Source: a virus
Taxonomy: Duplodnaviria > Caudoviricetes
DNA: 29,174 bases
Virus record (IMG/VR): IMGVR_UViG_3300024187_000020
Span: 1-29,174 of that record
Strand: one strand, 5' to 3'
Below are positions 7,654-16,901 of this stretch, piece after piece; the stretch's first letter is position 1; each line of letters opens with the position of its first letter. Made by a program: the position numbers and the translations under genes. Below the pieces are notes generated by a model that saw only the letters and a list, made by a program, of their open reading frames with translations, ran no database searches and was not told the origin of the DNA.

Positions 7654-7868
7654 TGGCTCCGCTCGCGGTCCCGACTCGCTGCCCCGACTGCGGCTCTCTC
7701 GATGTTCGTGTTCGGTTCCAGCTGAATGTCGATGGCGAGCCGATCGACGCCATGTGGGGTGGCTGCGGTGAGTGCTCGTGGGAGAGCGAGTACGCCGCGC
7801 TCATCCCACTGAATCCGTACCCGACGCTCGACGGTGCGCTGTTTGTTCGCGCCGAGGCGGTCGCCTGA
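7653..7868 (+). CDS. Small Zn-ribbon-like protein
   Basis: CPDC...CGEC; TGATG coupling at both ends. Confidence 0.6.
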   Translation: MAPLAVPTRCPDCGSLDVRVRFQLNVDGEPIDAMWGGCGECSWESEYAALIPLNPYPTLDGALFVRAEAVA

Positions 7869-8119
7869 TGGCCTCCGGCGTCGACGCTCGCCTCGATCGC
7901 ATCGAGGTCTATCCGCGCGAGGACGGACGCTGGGCATGGCGGCGGATCGCGCCGGACGGCCAGGTGCTCGCGACCGACGGTGGCCAGGGCTACGAGAACA
8001 AGGCGTTCGCCATCGGTGCGGCCCAGCGGGCCTGTGAGACCACGACGGCTGGCGTGGATTGGTTCGACCACGACCCTCGTATCCCGCGCGACGTGGCGGC
8101 AGAAAGCGGCGACGAGTGA
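7868..8119 (+). CDS. DUF1508 / YegP-like protein
   Basis: IEVYPREDGRWAWRRIAPDGQVLATDGGQGYENK signature. Confidence 0.8.
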   Translation: MASGVDARLDRIEVYPREDGRWAWRRIAPDGQVLATDGGQGYENKAFAIGAAQRACETTTAGVDWFDHDPRIPRDVAAESGDE

Positions 8120-8313
8120 AGCCCACCGTCGCCTTCGACGCACGCGGCCGCGCCCACGCCAAGCACCTCGCCGTGTACCCCTCTCACACGCTGCTGCCCG
8201 AGATCACTCGGACGCTCTGTGCTGAGTGCGACGGCTGGGTCTGGCGGGACGCCAGCGCGCTGACGCTGTTCGGTCGCCGCGTTCGGCGTTGGTGGCGGAG
8301 GCGGCATCAGTGA
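8116..8313 (+). CDS. Hypothetical protein
   Basis: GTGA overlaps at both ends; CxxC. Confidence 0.5.
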   Translation: MKPTVAFDARGRAHAKHLAVYPSHTLLPEITRTLCAECDGWVWRDASALTLFGRRVRRWWRRRHQ

Positions 8314-8441
8314 AGCGGGTCGTCGCCGTCACCGGTCTCGCCCTCGCGGCGCTGCTGTTCGCCGCCGTCGCCATTGGCACGGCGTGGGCGCGGATCTACG
8401 ACGACGGTCTCTGGCTCGGCGGGACGTGGAGGCCGCTGTGA
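8310..8441 (+). CDS. Small membrane protein
   Basis: GGAGG RBS, GTGA overlaps, single hydrophobic helix. Confidence 0.55.
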   Translation: MKRVVAVTGLALAALLFAAVAIGTAWARIYDDGLWLGGTWRPL

Positions 8442-8851
8442 GCGCGACGCTCGCCGAGCGCTTCCACGCGAAGGTCGACCGCTCCGGCGGTCCGACGCAG
8501 TGCTGGCCATGGCTCGGAGCTCGCAACAGCAACGGCTACGGGCGGTTTCGCCACGTGGGCCGCAAGGAGCCCGCGACGACCGCACACAGGATTGCCTACG
8601 AACTGGCGAAGGGACCTCTCCCGCCCGGCACCGAGCCGGACCATCTCTGCGGGAACCGCGACTGTCAGAACCCCGCGCACCTTGAGGCCGTCACCCGCTC
8701 GGAGAACGTTCGGCGCGGCATCGCTCGCGCCCGGGCGAAGGGGGCGGCCCTGACGGGTTCGAATCGCCAGGGCCGCGGGATGCCAGCGGCCGAAGCCGCG
8801 GACACGCCCCGGATCGTATCGCGTGAACTCGTCGGGAGCGGGCAGCGATGA
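8438..8851 (+). CDS. HNH endonuclease (HNH_3 type)
   Basis: RFHAKVD..CWPW..GYGRF..AHRIAYEL..DHLCGNRDCQNPAHLEAVTRSENVRRG. Confidence 0.9.
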   Translation: MSATLAERFHAKVDRSGGPTQCWPWLGARNSNGYGRFRHVGRKEPATTAHRIAYELAKGPLPPGTEPDHLCGNRDCQNPAHLEAVTRSENVRRGIARARAKGAALTGSNRQGRGMPAAEAADTPRIVSRELVGSGQR

Positions 8852-9108
8852 GCGTGCTCGCCGAGGTTCGCAAGATGCACGCCGATCGTGTTCGGCTCCG
8901 TCGCGGCCCCTTCTGGTGGCTGCGCAACGCCGGCGAGCCCACCTGGCCGCGTTGGTTCGGCGATCGCGCTGTCGACGTGAAGGTGTGGCTCACGACGGTG
9001 CTCGTATGTGGAACGCGCGGCCACGACTGGGGCATCACGCTCCCGGAGATCGACGAGCTCGGCTGGCACGCACTGTTCACCTGCGACCGCTGCGGTGAGG
9101 TCGAATGA
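8848..9108 (+). CDS. Hypothetical Cys/His protein
   Basis: ATGA coupling; CxxxGHDW...CDRCG. Confidence 0.55.
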   Translation: MSVLAEVRKMHADRVRLRRGPFWWLRNAGEPTWPRWFGDRAVDVKVWLTTVLVCGTRGHDWGITLPEIDELGWHALFTCDRCGEVE

Positions 9109-9479
9109 GCGCCGGCGTCGCCTCCAGGCCTTCGTTCCCGCGCTCCGCGGTCCCGGGCAAGTGCGGAGCGTGCGGCGACGAGTTGGAGATCCGCCACGGC
9201 GCGTCCGGCGAGGTCCGTTCGGTCCTGCACAAGACCACCGGGACGCTCCGGTGCCCGCCGACGACGCGCACGTGCGACGTCTGTCACAAGGACGGGCTCG
9301 TCGAGTGCTCCGAGCCGAAGTGCTCGATGGTCGGCCATCCGGGCTCCTGCCTGATGCGGTGCTCGTGCTGCGGCTCGTGGGGCTGCCCGGCGCACGTGTC
9401 CACGGTGGACTTCCTGTGTGTCTCGTGCGCGGAGCACGGCGTGCAGCCGTTCGACCACGAAGGGGCCGCAGGTGTCTGA
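9105..9479 (+). CDS. Cys-rich (multi zinc-finger-like) protein
   Basis: ATGA coupling; several CxxC pairs. Confidence 0.55.
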   Translation: MSAGVASRPSFPRSAVPGKCGACGDELEIRHGASGEVRSVLHKTTGTLRCPPTTRTCDVCHKDGLVECSEPKCSMVGHPGSCLMRCSCCGSWGCPAHVSTVDFLCVSCAEHGVQPFDHEGAAGV

Positions 9480-9675
9480 CACCCACGCGGTCTCGGTCGC
9501 CTCTGTTCGTCACGCCGCAGTCGCGGGCTACCAGGCCTCGTGTTCATGCGGGTGGCGCGGCGACGTCCGCGGGCGCGACGCTGACGGCCCTCGGTTCATC
9601 TGCCCCGCGCCTGACGACCGTGGCCGAGCCATGCGAGACGCCGTCGATCATCAGAAGGCGATGGCGTCGTGCTGA
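9472..9675 (+). CDS. Hypothetical protein with CSCGW motif
   Basis: YQASCSCGWRG...A...H pattern, common in small actinophage proteins. Confidence 0.5.
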   Translation: MSDTHAVSVASVRHAAVAGYQASCSCGWRGDVRGRDADGPRFICPAPDDRGRAMRDAVDHQKAMASC

Positions 9676-9923
9676 CCCGTCGCGATCAGTTCCGGCGTGA
9701 GTGCGACGCCGCGTATGACAAGCGCCGCCGCGAGGCGTGGGCCGGGCTGCGGTCCGGCGACCGGATCACCGCGCGCCTGGAGGGCTCCACGGTCGTCGTG
9801 ACCGTCGTCGAGCACCAGTCCCCCGATCTGCTCGTGCGGACGGTCGACGGCCGCGAGCACGTGATCAACCGCTACCAAATGGGCTCCACGTACATCGTCG
9901 ATCGGGGGGAACGGGATGTCTGA
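9669..9923 (+). CDS. Hypothetical protein (SH3-like beta pattern)
   Basis: Overlaps both neighbours; LRSGDRITAR...LLVRTVDGREHVI. Confidence 0.55.
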   Translation: MLTRRDQFRRECDAAYDKRRREAWAGLRSGDRITARLEGSTVVVTVVEHQSPDLLVRTVDGREHVINRYQMGSTYIVDRGERDV

Positions 9924-11193
9924 CACGCAGATCGTTCGGCGCGGCGCCGGCGGGGACCTGGCCGTCGTCCCGGAGTTCACCCGTCAGCAGATCAACGTGA
10001 TCAAGCAGACGATCATGCCACGCGCCTCTGACGCCGAGCTCCTGGCGTTCGTCGAGTACGCGCGCGGCTCCGGCCTGGACCCGTTCAGCCGGCAGATCTA
10101 CGCGATCCCGAAGAAGGTCGACGGCCGCCACGCCGGATACGAGTTCTTCACCGGCATCGACGGCCTGCGGCTGATCGCCGCCCGCGCCGGTGGCTACGAC
10201 AGCATTTCGATCGAATGGTGCGGCCCTGACGGCAAGTGGACCGACGTTTGGCTCGATGAGACGAAGGCGCCGGCGGCCGCGCGCGCGACGATCTGGATCG
10301 ACGGCGTCGGCCACCGATTCCGTCCGGTTCGCTGGAAGGAGTTCGCCCGGATCGGCCGCAACGGGATCCCGATCGGCAATTGGGGCGTCATGCCCTCTCA
10401 CATGCTCGGCAAGGTCGCCGAGGCTCAGGCCCTCCGCACGAAATACGCGAAGGAGACGATGGGTCTGCGGATCGAGGTCGACGACGACGGCGCCACGCGT
10501 CCGACGCAGGTCCGGGATCCCGACGCGCCGGCGAGCGCCGCCCAGAAGGGCGAGCTCCACCGCCTCGCATCGGTCTTCGGCTGGGACGAGGACGAGTACC
10601 GCTCCCGCCTGGAGACGGCGACCGGGAAGACGTCGTCGAAGGACCTGACCAAGGGCGAGGCCCACACGACGATCGACGAGTGGCGTGGCTGGGAGACGGC
10701 GCTGCTCGAGAACGGCGACGCGCCGCCCGAGGACATCGTCGAGGGCGAGATCGTCGAAGAGGGTTCGGAGGCGGATACACCTGGCACCGGGGCAGCCCGG
10801 TCTGGCACGGACCTCGACGGATCTTCCGCTGGTTCCGGCCCACAAGGGACCTCGTCCAGTGAAAAGCCCCGGGTAAGGTCCGGAAGGGTCAGCCCGGGCC
10901 CCGCCTCCGAGCAACAGTCCGCGCCGACACCGGGAGAAGGCGGCGCGGATACGGCTCGACGTTCGCCGAAGGCGACGGGCAAGGGGCGCCCGGCGCCGGA
11001 GGCGCACCCTGGCGCCGAGCCGGCGGCGGATTCCGGATCGGCCCCGAGCGAAAACGAAGTAGCAGGGGCCGACCCGGACGCCTCCGTCGCCCCGCACGCG
11101 TTCGTCGGCGAGGACAAGACGCTGTCGTGCGGCGAGTGCGGCTTCGCCGAGGAGTGGGAAGGCCATCACGCCCGTCAGGGGCGACTCGCATGA
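9916..11193 (+). CDS. bet: Single-strand annealing recombinase, Bet/RecT family, with long C-terminal extension
   Basis: ASDAEL..F...GLDPFSRQIYAI...TGIDGLRLIAAR...W..MPSHMLGKVAEAQALR. Confidence 0.9.
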   Translation: MSDTQIVRRGAGGDLAVVPEFTRQQINVIKQTIMPRASDAELLAFVEYARGSGLDPFSRQIYAIPKKVDGRHAGYEFFTGIDGLRLIAARAGGYDSISIEWCGPDGKWTDVWLDETKAPAAARATIWIDGVGHRFRPVRWKEFARIGRNGIPIGNWGVMPSHMLGKVAEAQALRTKYAKETMGLRIEVDDDGATRPTQVRDPDAPASAAQKGELHRLASVFGWDEDEYRSRLETATGKTSSKDLTKGEAHTTIDEWRGWETALLENGDAPPEDIVEGEIVEEGSEADTPGTGAARSGTDLDGSSAGSGPQGTSSSEKPRVRSGRVSPGPASEQQSAPTPGEGGADTARRSPKATGKGRPAPEAHPGAEPAADSGSAPSENEVAGADPDASVAPHAFVGEDKTLSCGECGFAEEWEGHHARQGRLA

Positions 11194-11549
11194 AAGGGAG
11201 CGTGGAGATGGACGCAACGACGATCAAACCCACGAGGCTGCCGACCCCGAGCCGTATCGACGAGCAGCTGTACAACCTGGCGATCCACGGCGTCCGTCCG
11301 ATCAGCCTGACGTACGACCACGACGGCACTTGGCGGTTCCTCGGATGGGCCGACCGCAAGCCGATCACCATGACCGGGGTTTTCCTTGTCGAGGTCATCG
11401 AGAGGGCGGTCAAGGAGGCCGAAGGGCTGGGGCTCCCCATCGGCCGGGCGTGGGACACGCTCGCCGGACCGTCGCAGCAGGATGACACCGACCATTGCGT
11501 CGACCATCACCACGGGTCGTATGAGCACTCGGATGCGTGCGCCCAATGA
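11190..11549 (+). CDS. Hypothetical protein
   Basis: ATGA coupling (alternative start 11208); His-rich C-terminus. Confidence 0.55.
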   Translation: MKGSVEMDATTIKPTRLPTPSRIDEQLYNLAIHGVRPISLTYDHDGTWRFLGWADRKPITMTGVFLVEVIERAVKEAEGLGLPIGRAWDTLAGPSQQDDTDHCVDHHHGSYEHSDACAQ

Positions 11550-11773
11550 TCCCGTTTGGCCAGGTCCTCGTCGATCTGATCCTGTGCGGCTTCGTCGCCG
11601 GGCTCGTCGGGTTCGGCGTCGGCCGCGTGTATCAGACGTGGCTCGAATCGGCGGACTGCCGGTGGGACGAGGTCCAGTTGCCGCCCGGGCCCGACGTCCA
11701 TCTGCGCGTGCTCAACGGCGCGCGCCGCGACGACATCACGATCTTCGACTGGTCCGAAGGGGGCGAACTGTAG
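11546..11773 (+). CDS. Small membrane protein
   Basis: ATGA coupling; N-terminal TM helix. Confidence 0.55.
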   Translation: MIPFGQVLVDLILCGFVAGLVGFGVGRVYQTWLESADCRWDEVQLPPGPDVHLRVLNGARRDDITIFDWSEGGEL

Positions 11774-12127
11774 ATGTGGGTTCTGACCGAGTCCGGCGGC
11801 CTGATCAATCTGGCGAATTACGACCAGATCCCGATCGTGGCCACCGAGCCCGAAGAGATCGACGGCGTCGCCAATTTGGGCGCCAAGCGGGCCGTGTTCG
11901 CTCGCAAGGCTTCCGTGGACAACGACGGTGAGGTCCGCTACCTGAGCACCCAGCTGGTCGGCGACCTGAGCGACCAGGGCGCGGTCTACGTCATCACGCT
12001 GATCTTCAACGCCATGCGCAAGGGCGTGTCGGTCTTCAACCTCCAGGAGGTCGTCAAGCAATTCCGCGCCTCGGCGAACGGCCAGCGGCGTGAGGCCGAC
12101 GGCTCGAAGGCGAGCCACCCGCAGTGA
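11774..12127 (+). CDS. Hypothetical protein
   Basis: Abuts the previous stop; RBS GAAGGGG; good codon bias. Confidence 0.65.
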   Translation: MWVLTESGGLINLANYDQIPIVATEPEEIDGVANLGAKRAVFARKASVDNDGEVRYLSTQLVGDLSDQGAVYVITLIFNAMRKGVSVFNLQEVVKQFRASANGQRREADGSKASHPQ

Positions 12128-12330
12128 TCGCCCGCGACATCGTCCTGCCGGGTTGGGCGTTCGTCGGCCTGATGGTCATCGTCGGCGTCGCGATCACGTG
12201 CATGGCCATCGGCGCCGTGCAGGTGTGGCGCGCCAACCACTACCGGCCTGACGGGGACGACGTCCGTCGGCTGCGTGAGGCCAACCCGATTCCGAACGAC
12301 GACCCCGACGCGGGTCTCCGCTCCGACTGA
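12124..12330 (+). CDS. Small membrane protein
   Basis: GTGA coupling; TM helix. Confidence 0.55.
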   Translation: MIARDIVLPGWAFVGLMVIVGVAITCMAIGAVQVWRANHYRPDGDDVRRLREANPIPNDDPDAGLRSD

Positions 12331-12345
12331 ACCAAGGGGGAAGGG

Positions 12346-13173
12346 ATGCCACACATCGACTCTGCCCGCAGCCCGGACGTGATCGCGTCCAGCGACGGGA
12401 GCTACCTCACCGTTCGCAAGCGTCTGCTCGATGAGATCTTCCGCGACCTGCTCATGGCCAACCCAGCCGGCGACGGCGACCCGTGCGCATGGTGGGACGA
12501 GGCAGGACACAAGCTGGCCGAGGTCCTTCGCATGCAGTGGGACGACGAGGCCGCGTGCCCACGCACCGACCGCGTGATCGTTCGTCGTGCAATTGCATCT
12601 GATGCTGCCTATTGGCTCGAGGGTCTGGCCCCGCTCGTCAGCGACGACGAGGACAGGAGCGAGCCCCTTGCCTATGCCCGTGCACTGCGCGCTGCAGCAG
12701 GCGAAGGGGACACCGCGCCCGGGCGGGCGTTCGTTGACGTGACTCCGCACATCGGCCAGATCATCCCCACGCTGGCCATCCGTTCGCGGGTTCGCGTCGA
12801 TGGCTGGGGTGAAACGGTCTACCGAATCTGGCATCTCGGGACCGGCTACGAGGACGGGAACCGCGACCTCGCATTGCCCGGAAGCCTCGATGTCCACATG
12901 GGGCTGGTGGAGGTCGACGAAGCCGAACCGGTCCCGCCTGCGGTCTCCGAAATGGACTCGATTGAGGCCGCGCGCGCCGACCTCCAGGATCAGATGGGGC
13001 GCGACGAGCTCCCCCGCGCCGAGACCGGCTTGTGTCCGGAGCCTGACGACGGCGGCCATGCCTGCTCGCTTCCGCTCCGCCCGTTCTATGCGTCGGTCGC
13101 CGACGCGACGTCCGCGCCGGTGCTGTGGGCTTGCGCGACCGGGCACATCCTGTACGCGGCGAGGCCACTGTGA
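12346..13173 (+). CDS. Hypothetical protein (275 aa)
   Basis: Purine-rich RBS; fills the operon; no family recognised. Confidence 0.6.
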   Translation: MPHIDSARSPDVIASSDGSYLTVRKRLLDEIFRDLLMANPAGDGDPCAWWDEAGHKLAEVLRMQWDDEAACPRTDRVIVRRAIASDAAYWLEGLAPLVSDDEDRSEPLAYARALRAAAGEGDTAPGRAFVDVTPHIGQIIPTLAIRSRVRVDGWGETVYRIWHLGTGYEDGNRDLALPGSLDVHMGLVEVDEAEPVPPAVSEMDSIEAARADLQDQMGRDELPRAETGLCPEPDDGGHACSLPLRPFYASVADATSAPVLWACATGHILYAARPL

Positions 13174-13382
13174 TCGGCGAGGCCGGGCGCTGCCCGATGC
13201 CCATGAGCGGGACGATGGTCTGCAACGAGCCCCTGATACAGATTCAGGGATCCCCTGTGCCGGGCGGTCCCGAAGACGCTCTGCGCCGCGCTCGTCAGTT
13301 CGCTGGAACGCCCGCTCCCCCGCGCGCATGGATCTGTGAACGCCGTCACGTTCTGCTCGAAGCGAGGGTCACGGTCGCATGA
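13170..13382 (+). CDS. Small Cys-containing hypothetical protein
   Basis: GTGA/ATGA overlaps. Confidence 0.45.
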   Translation: MIGEAGRCPMPMSGTMVCNEPLIQIQGSPVPGGPEDALRRARQFAGTPAPPRAWICERRHVLLEARVTVA

Positions 13383-14044
13383 CCCTCCCGGTCCGCTTCC
13401 GTCCTCTGCCGGCGTGGCCGCACCCGGTCACGAAGCCGCGCTCCTACCCGCGGTTCAAGACCGACTACCCGGCGACGCTGAACCTCCTGGAGCGCGAGCT
13501 TCGCTTCCTGGACGGGCGCAACGTGATCGTCGGGCTGGGACTGTCGGAGTTCGACATCCGTCAGGACGGGATGCCTCGTTCGAACGCTCGCGCGCCGCAG
13601 CATCCCGGCGTCGAGCTCTCCTTCGACTCGAAGTTCGGGCGGCTGACGTATTCGACCGACCAGTTCGAATCGGGATGGCCGCGTGCCGACGACTGGAAGC
13701 ACAACCTGCGTGCGATCGCGCTGTCGCTCGAAGCGCTCCGCGCGGTGGACCGCTACGGCGTCTCGACGCGCGGCCAGCAGTACGCCGGATGGAAGGCGCT
13801 TCCGCCCGGGATCGCGCTCGGCCCGGCCGTGGGGAACGTCGACGAGGCGTGGGCGATCCTCACGCGGATCTCGGACAGCGATCCGGACGAGGTCGGCGCC
13901 AAGCGTGCCGAGTGGGGCGACGAGCTCGCCGGGAAGGATCTCTACCGACAGGCCGCGAAGATCGCGCACCCTGACACCGGTGGCAGCGCCGAGGACTTCC
14001 AGCTGGTGCATGCGGCCGGAGTTCTGTTGGGGGTTGCCTCGTGA
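13379..14044 (+). CDS. Phage protein with C-terminal partial J-domain (DnaJ-like)
   Basis: NLRAIALSLEALRAVDRYGV...QYAGWKALP and YRQAAKIAHPDTGGSAEDF (HPD motif). Confidence 0.8.
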   Translation: MTLPVRFRPLPAWPHPVTKPRSYPRFKTDYPATLNLLERELRFLDGRNVIVGLGLSEFDIRQDGMPRSNARAPQHPGVELSFDSKFGRLTYSTDQFESGWPRADDWKHNLRAIALSLEALRAVDRYGVSTRGQQYAGWKALPPGIALGPAVGNVDEAWAILTRISDSDPDEVGAKRAEWGDELAGKDLYRQAAKIAHPDTGGSAEDFQLVHAAGVLLGVAS

Positions 14045-14268
14045 GGCTTCGCGACAAGATGCAGGTCGCGAAGGCGACCCGCGAGACCGAGTCGGTGCGG
14101 GCCGACTTTCACAAGACCGCCGAAGCCCTGCTCGGGCTGATGGACATGATCGATGCCGAGCAGATTGGACGCTGGAACGCCGACGAACGGCGCGTTTGGA
14201 ACCACCTGTGGGACTGGCGCCGGTTCTCTCGTGACTCATTCGCGGACGGCAGGGGGTACGCGCCATGA
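14041..14268 (+). CDS. Hypothetical protein
   Basis: GTGA/ATGA coupling. Confidence 0.55.
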   Translation: MRLRDKMQVAKATRETESVRADFHKTAEALLGLMDMIDAEQIGRWNADERRVWNHLWDWRRFSRDSFADGRGYAP

Positions 14269-14456
14269 CCATCTGCGGCTGCCCGCCGAACACGCCCCAG
14301 CACGTGGCCGGGTGCCAGCGCTGCGGCCATTGCGCGCCGCACTTCGCCTCCGGGGCCTGTAGCCGCGTCGGGTGCATCGCCTGCCCGCTGATCTGTAAGT
14401 CGTGCGACGGGCCGATCTCCGCGACGGGTGAGTGTCGCTGCTCGGGGAGGGGCTAA
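14265..14456 (+). CDS. Very Cys-rich small protein
   Basis: 12 Cys in 63 aa; coupled on both sides. Confidence 0.5.
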   Translation: MTICGCPPNTPQHVAGCQRCGHCAPHFASGACSRVGCIACPLICKSCDGPISATGECRCSGRG

Positions 14457-15340
14457 TGGGCAAGGTCACCGCCATCCAGTGGTGCCACCACACGTTTAAT
14501 CCGTGGTGGGGCTGCTCGCGCGTGAGCCCGGCTTGCGTCCGGTGCTACGCGGACACGTTCGCCAAGCGGGCCGGTCACGGCGACCTCTGGCGCAAGCACG
14601 GGGAACGTCGGTTCTTCGGTGAGAAGCACTGGGCCGAACCCATCGCGTGGGACCGCGACGCCGCGGCCGCCGGCGAGCGCCGGCGTGTCTTCTGCGCGTC
14701 GATGTCCGACGTCTTCGAGCTCCACCCCGAGTTCGAGGTCGCGAATCGCATGGCCGATGCGAGACATCGGCTATGGGACCTGATCGCCGCGACGACGAAC
14801 TTGAATTGGCTCCTGCTCACCAAGCGCCCCGAGAACGCGCTGTCGTTGGCGCCCTTCGGCGTCTTCCCGCCGAACGTGTGGATCGGCACGAGCGTCGAGA
14901 ACCAGGAGTGGGCCGACAGGCGGATCCCGACCCTCGTGGAGATCCCGGCAGTCGTGCGATTCCTGTCGTGCGAGCCGTTGCTGGGCCCGGTCGGTCTGGG
15001 GCGGTGGTTGCTGGACGGCCAGACCGGAGCGGACGCGCACCGGGAACAGGCACCTGTGCCAGCCTCGCGTGCCACCGCCTCAGTCAACTGGGTGATCGGG
15101 GGCGGCGAGAGCGGCGGCACGGTCGCGCGGCGACTGGTCAAGCATGTTGACGGTTCATGGGTTCCGAACGATCGCGGGCTCGAATGGGCCCGGTCGCTCC
15201 GGGCCCAGTGCGTCGCCGCCGGCGTCCCCTTCCTGTGGAAGCAGTGGGGTGGTCCGACGTCGAAGAGCGGCGGGCGCGAGCTCGACGGTCGCACGTGGGA
15301 CGAGGTCCCCGTTCCGACTCTCCAGGAGGCCAGCGTCTAG
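14456..15340 (+). CDS. DUF5131 (phage Gp37/Gp68) family, radical-SAM-like
   Basis: TAIQWCHHTFNPWWGCSRVSPACVRCYA; VFCASMSDVFE; LLLTKRPEN; FLSCEPLLGP; WVIGGGESG; FLWKQWGG. Confidence 0.92.
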   Translation: MGKVTAIQWCHHTFNPWWGCSRVSPACVRCYADTFAKRAGHGDLWRKHGERRFFGEKHWAEPIAWDRDAAAAGERRRVFCASMSDVFELHPEFEVANRMADARHRLWDLIAATTNLNWLLLTKRPENALSLAPFGVFPPNVWIGTSVENQEWADRRIPTLVEIPAVVRFLSCEPLLGPVGLGRWLLDGQTGADAHREQAPVPASRATASVNWVIGGGESGGTVARRLVKHVDGSWVPNDRGLEWARSLRAQCVAAGVPFLWKQWGGPTSKSGGRELDGRTWDEVPVPTLQEASV

Positions 15341-15574
15341 ATGGCCGTCCGCCGCGGATCCGCCTTCAGCCGGCTCGCGCCCAAGAAGCGGCGTCCGCTC
15401 GTGCGCGAGCTCTGTCCGGACTGCGGCTGCTGCACGCTCGTCGTGGGCGATCCCTCTCACCGGTACGACCCGCGCTACGACGACTGGGTCTGCTGGTGCG
15501 AGCACGGCCCGGCGGCCATGGCGTTCGACGCCGACGGCTATTTCGATGATGACGGCGGCGAGGAGCGGGACTGA
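15341..15574 (+). CDS. Small Cys-rich hypothetical protein
   Basis: AGGAGG RBS; CPDC...CWCEH; TGATG coupling. Confidence 0.55.
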   Translation: MAVRRGSAFSRLAPKKRRPLVRELCPDCGCCTLVVGDPSHRYDPRYDDWVCWCEHGPAAMAFDADGYFDDDGGEERD

Positions 15575-16434
15575 TGGATTGGTTCCGTCTCGACGTCGGG
15601 TGGATCCGTCACCGGAAGACACACGCCGCCGGCCCCTTCGGTGCGCTGGCCTTCATCGGGATCATGGACTGGTGCGCCGAGCAGGAGTCCGACGGCGTCA
15701 TCCCGCGCACGATCGCCGAGCTCATCGCCGGCCAGTGGCGCGGTGGCCGCGGCGGGCGCCAGGTCGTCGACACGCTGATCAAGGTCGGGTTCCTGGAGCG
15801 CGCCAAGGACGGGGACCTCCAGGTCCACGACTACACCGTCAAACAGCCGACGCGCGAAGAGCTCGAAGCCAAGCGGAAGGCGGACGAAGACCGTCGCGAA
15901 ACCGAACGCGTCCGCAAACGGTCCTGGCGTGAGTCCCGCAAGTTGTCCCGTGGGACATCCGGGGACGGTCCCGCCTCTGTCCCGCTCTTAGATACGAGAC
16001 AGGTACGGGACGGTACGGGACAGGAACGTCAGGACCCTGGACCCGAACTTGACGGTCAGGTTGGTTTGGAGGGGGTGCAGGGGGAACCGGACCGCTTCGC
16101 GGCAGGTCAGGATCAGGACTTCGACGCGGCCGTTGTCGGTGCCTTCACGCCGATTCTGGGCGATCGACTCGCCTACTGCTGGGCGAAGATTCGCAGGTCA
16201 GGCGGCGCGGCCTGGGCGAACGTCATCCCCGAGGTCTTCGCCGACCTGGCGGCCGAGCACGGCTCCGATGCGGTCTCGTCGGCGATCGAGGCGCTGTCCC
16301 TGGCCGACCCGAACGACCTTCGCGGGGTCGAACGTCCGCGGGCCTACGTCGTCAAGACCGTCGCCGATCACGCCGGCAAACAGGCCGCGAACGAGTCAGA
16401 AACCGTCGCAAGAACGAGCGCGGAAACGAAGTGA
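15574..16434 (+). CDS. Putative replication initiator
   Basis: N-terminal WFRLD..W..H.K...DGVIP...L...GFLE...VHDY winged-helix-like pattern; charged linker; internal repeats; C-terminal PRAYV motif. Confidence 0.65.
   Translation: MDWFRLDVGWIRHRKTHAAGPFGALAFIGIMDWCAEQESDGVIPRTIAELIAGQWRGGRGGRQVVDTLIKVGFLERAKDGDLQVHDYTVKQPTREELEAKRKADEDRRETERVRKRSWRESRKLSRGTSGDGPASVPLLDTRQVRDGTGQERQDPGPELDGQVGLEGVQGEPDRFAAGQDQDFDAAVVGAFTPILGDRLAYCWAKIRRSGGAAWANVIPEVFADLAAEHGSDAVSSAIEALSLADPNDLRGVERPRAYVVKTVADHAGKQAANESETVARTSAETK
15933..16021. repeat. Iteron-like GGGAC/GTCCC cluster (candidate replication origin)
   Basis: Eight copies in 89 bp, including palindrome TGTCCC-GT-GGGACA (15944-15957) and tandem GGTACGGGAC x2 (16002-16021). 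Confidence 0.6.
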
Positions 16435-16901
16435 AAACGGCTCCGAATCGAGCCTCGAAACAAGGGGGTTGCGGGATGCATCGAGGGCATCAGATGGACC
16501 TCTTCGAAGCGCTTCCGGGGCGACCGGATATCCGCGAAGGATGGGTCCAGGTCGACCTCTTCTTCGCCGCGGCTGAGGCCGCGCGCGAGACCCGGCTGCA
16601 GATGACGGCGCGGCCGCGGATATCGCCGGTCTACCGCCAGGCGCCGCTCCTGGCAACCGTGACGATCCCCTGCGGGATCGGCAACTGCCGCCGGCGGTTC
16701 AGCACGCCCGGCCGCCGCGTGGATCACGTCTTGCGCCAGCACCCGAAGCCGTCGGCCGAGAAGCCGGCGCCGGCCGTCGCGCGCACGACCGACATCGTCG
16801 CGGAGACCGCAGATCAGATCCGCGCACGGATCCGCGCACGGATGACCGGCGCGGTGATCGAGGCCGGCGAAGACCGGCGGGGAGGGGAAGAGGTCGCATG
16901 A
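16431..16901 (+). CDS. Hypothetical protein with C2H2-like finger
   Basis: CGIGNCRRRF...HVLRQH; start uncertain. Confidence 0.55.
   Translation: MKTAPNRASKQGGCGMHRGHQMDLFEALPGRPDIREGWVQVDLFFAAAEAARETRLQMTARPRISPVYRQAPLLATVTIPCGIGNCRRRFSTPGRRVDHVLRQHPKPSAEKPAPAVARTTDIVAETADQIRARIRARMTGAVIEAGEDRRGGEEVA

Noticed and set aside
7636-7868. Identical C-termini AEAVA on Cro and the next protein, and similar ends elsewhere, as degrons
   Set aside because: Explained by the next gene's RBS (GAGG) and TGATG overlap. The same caveat partly applies to the Int tail but not to the repressor tail.
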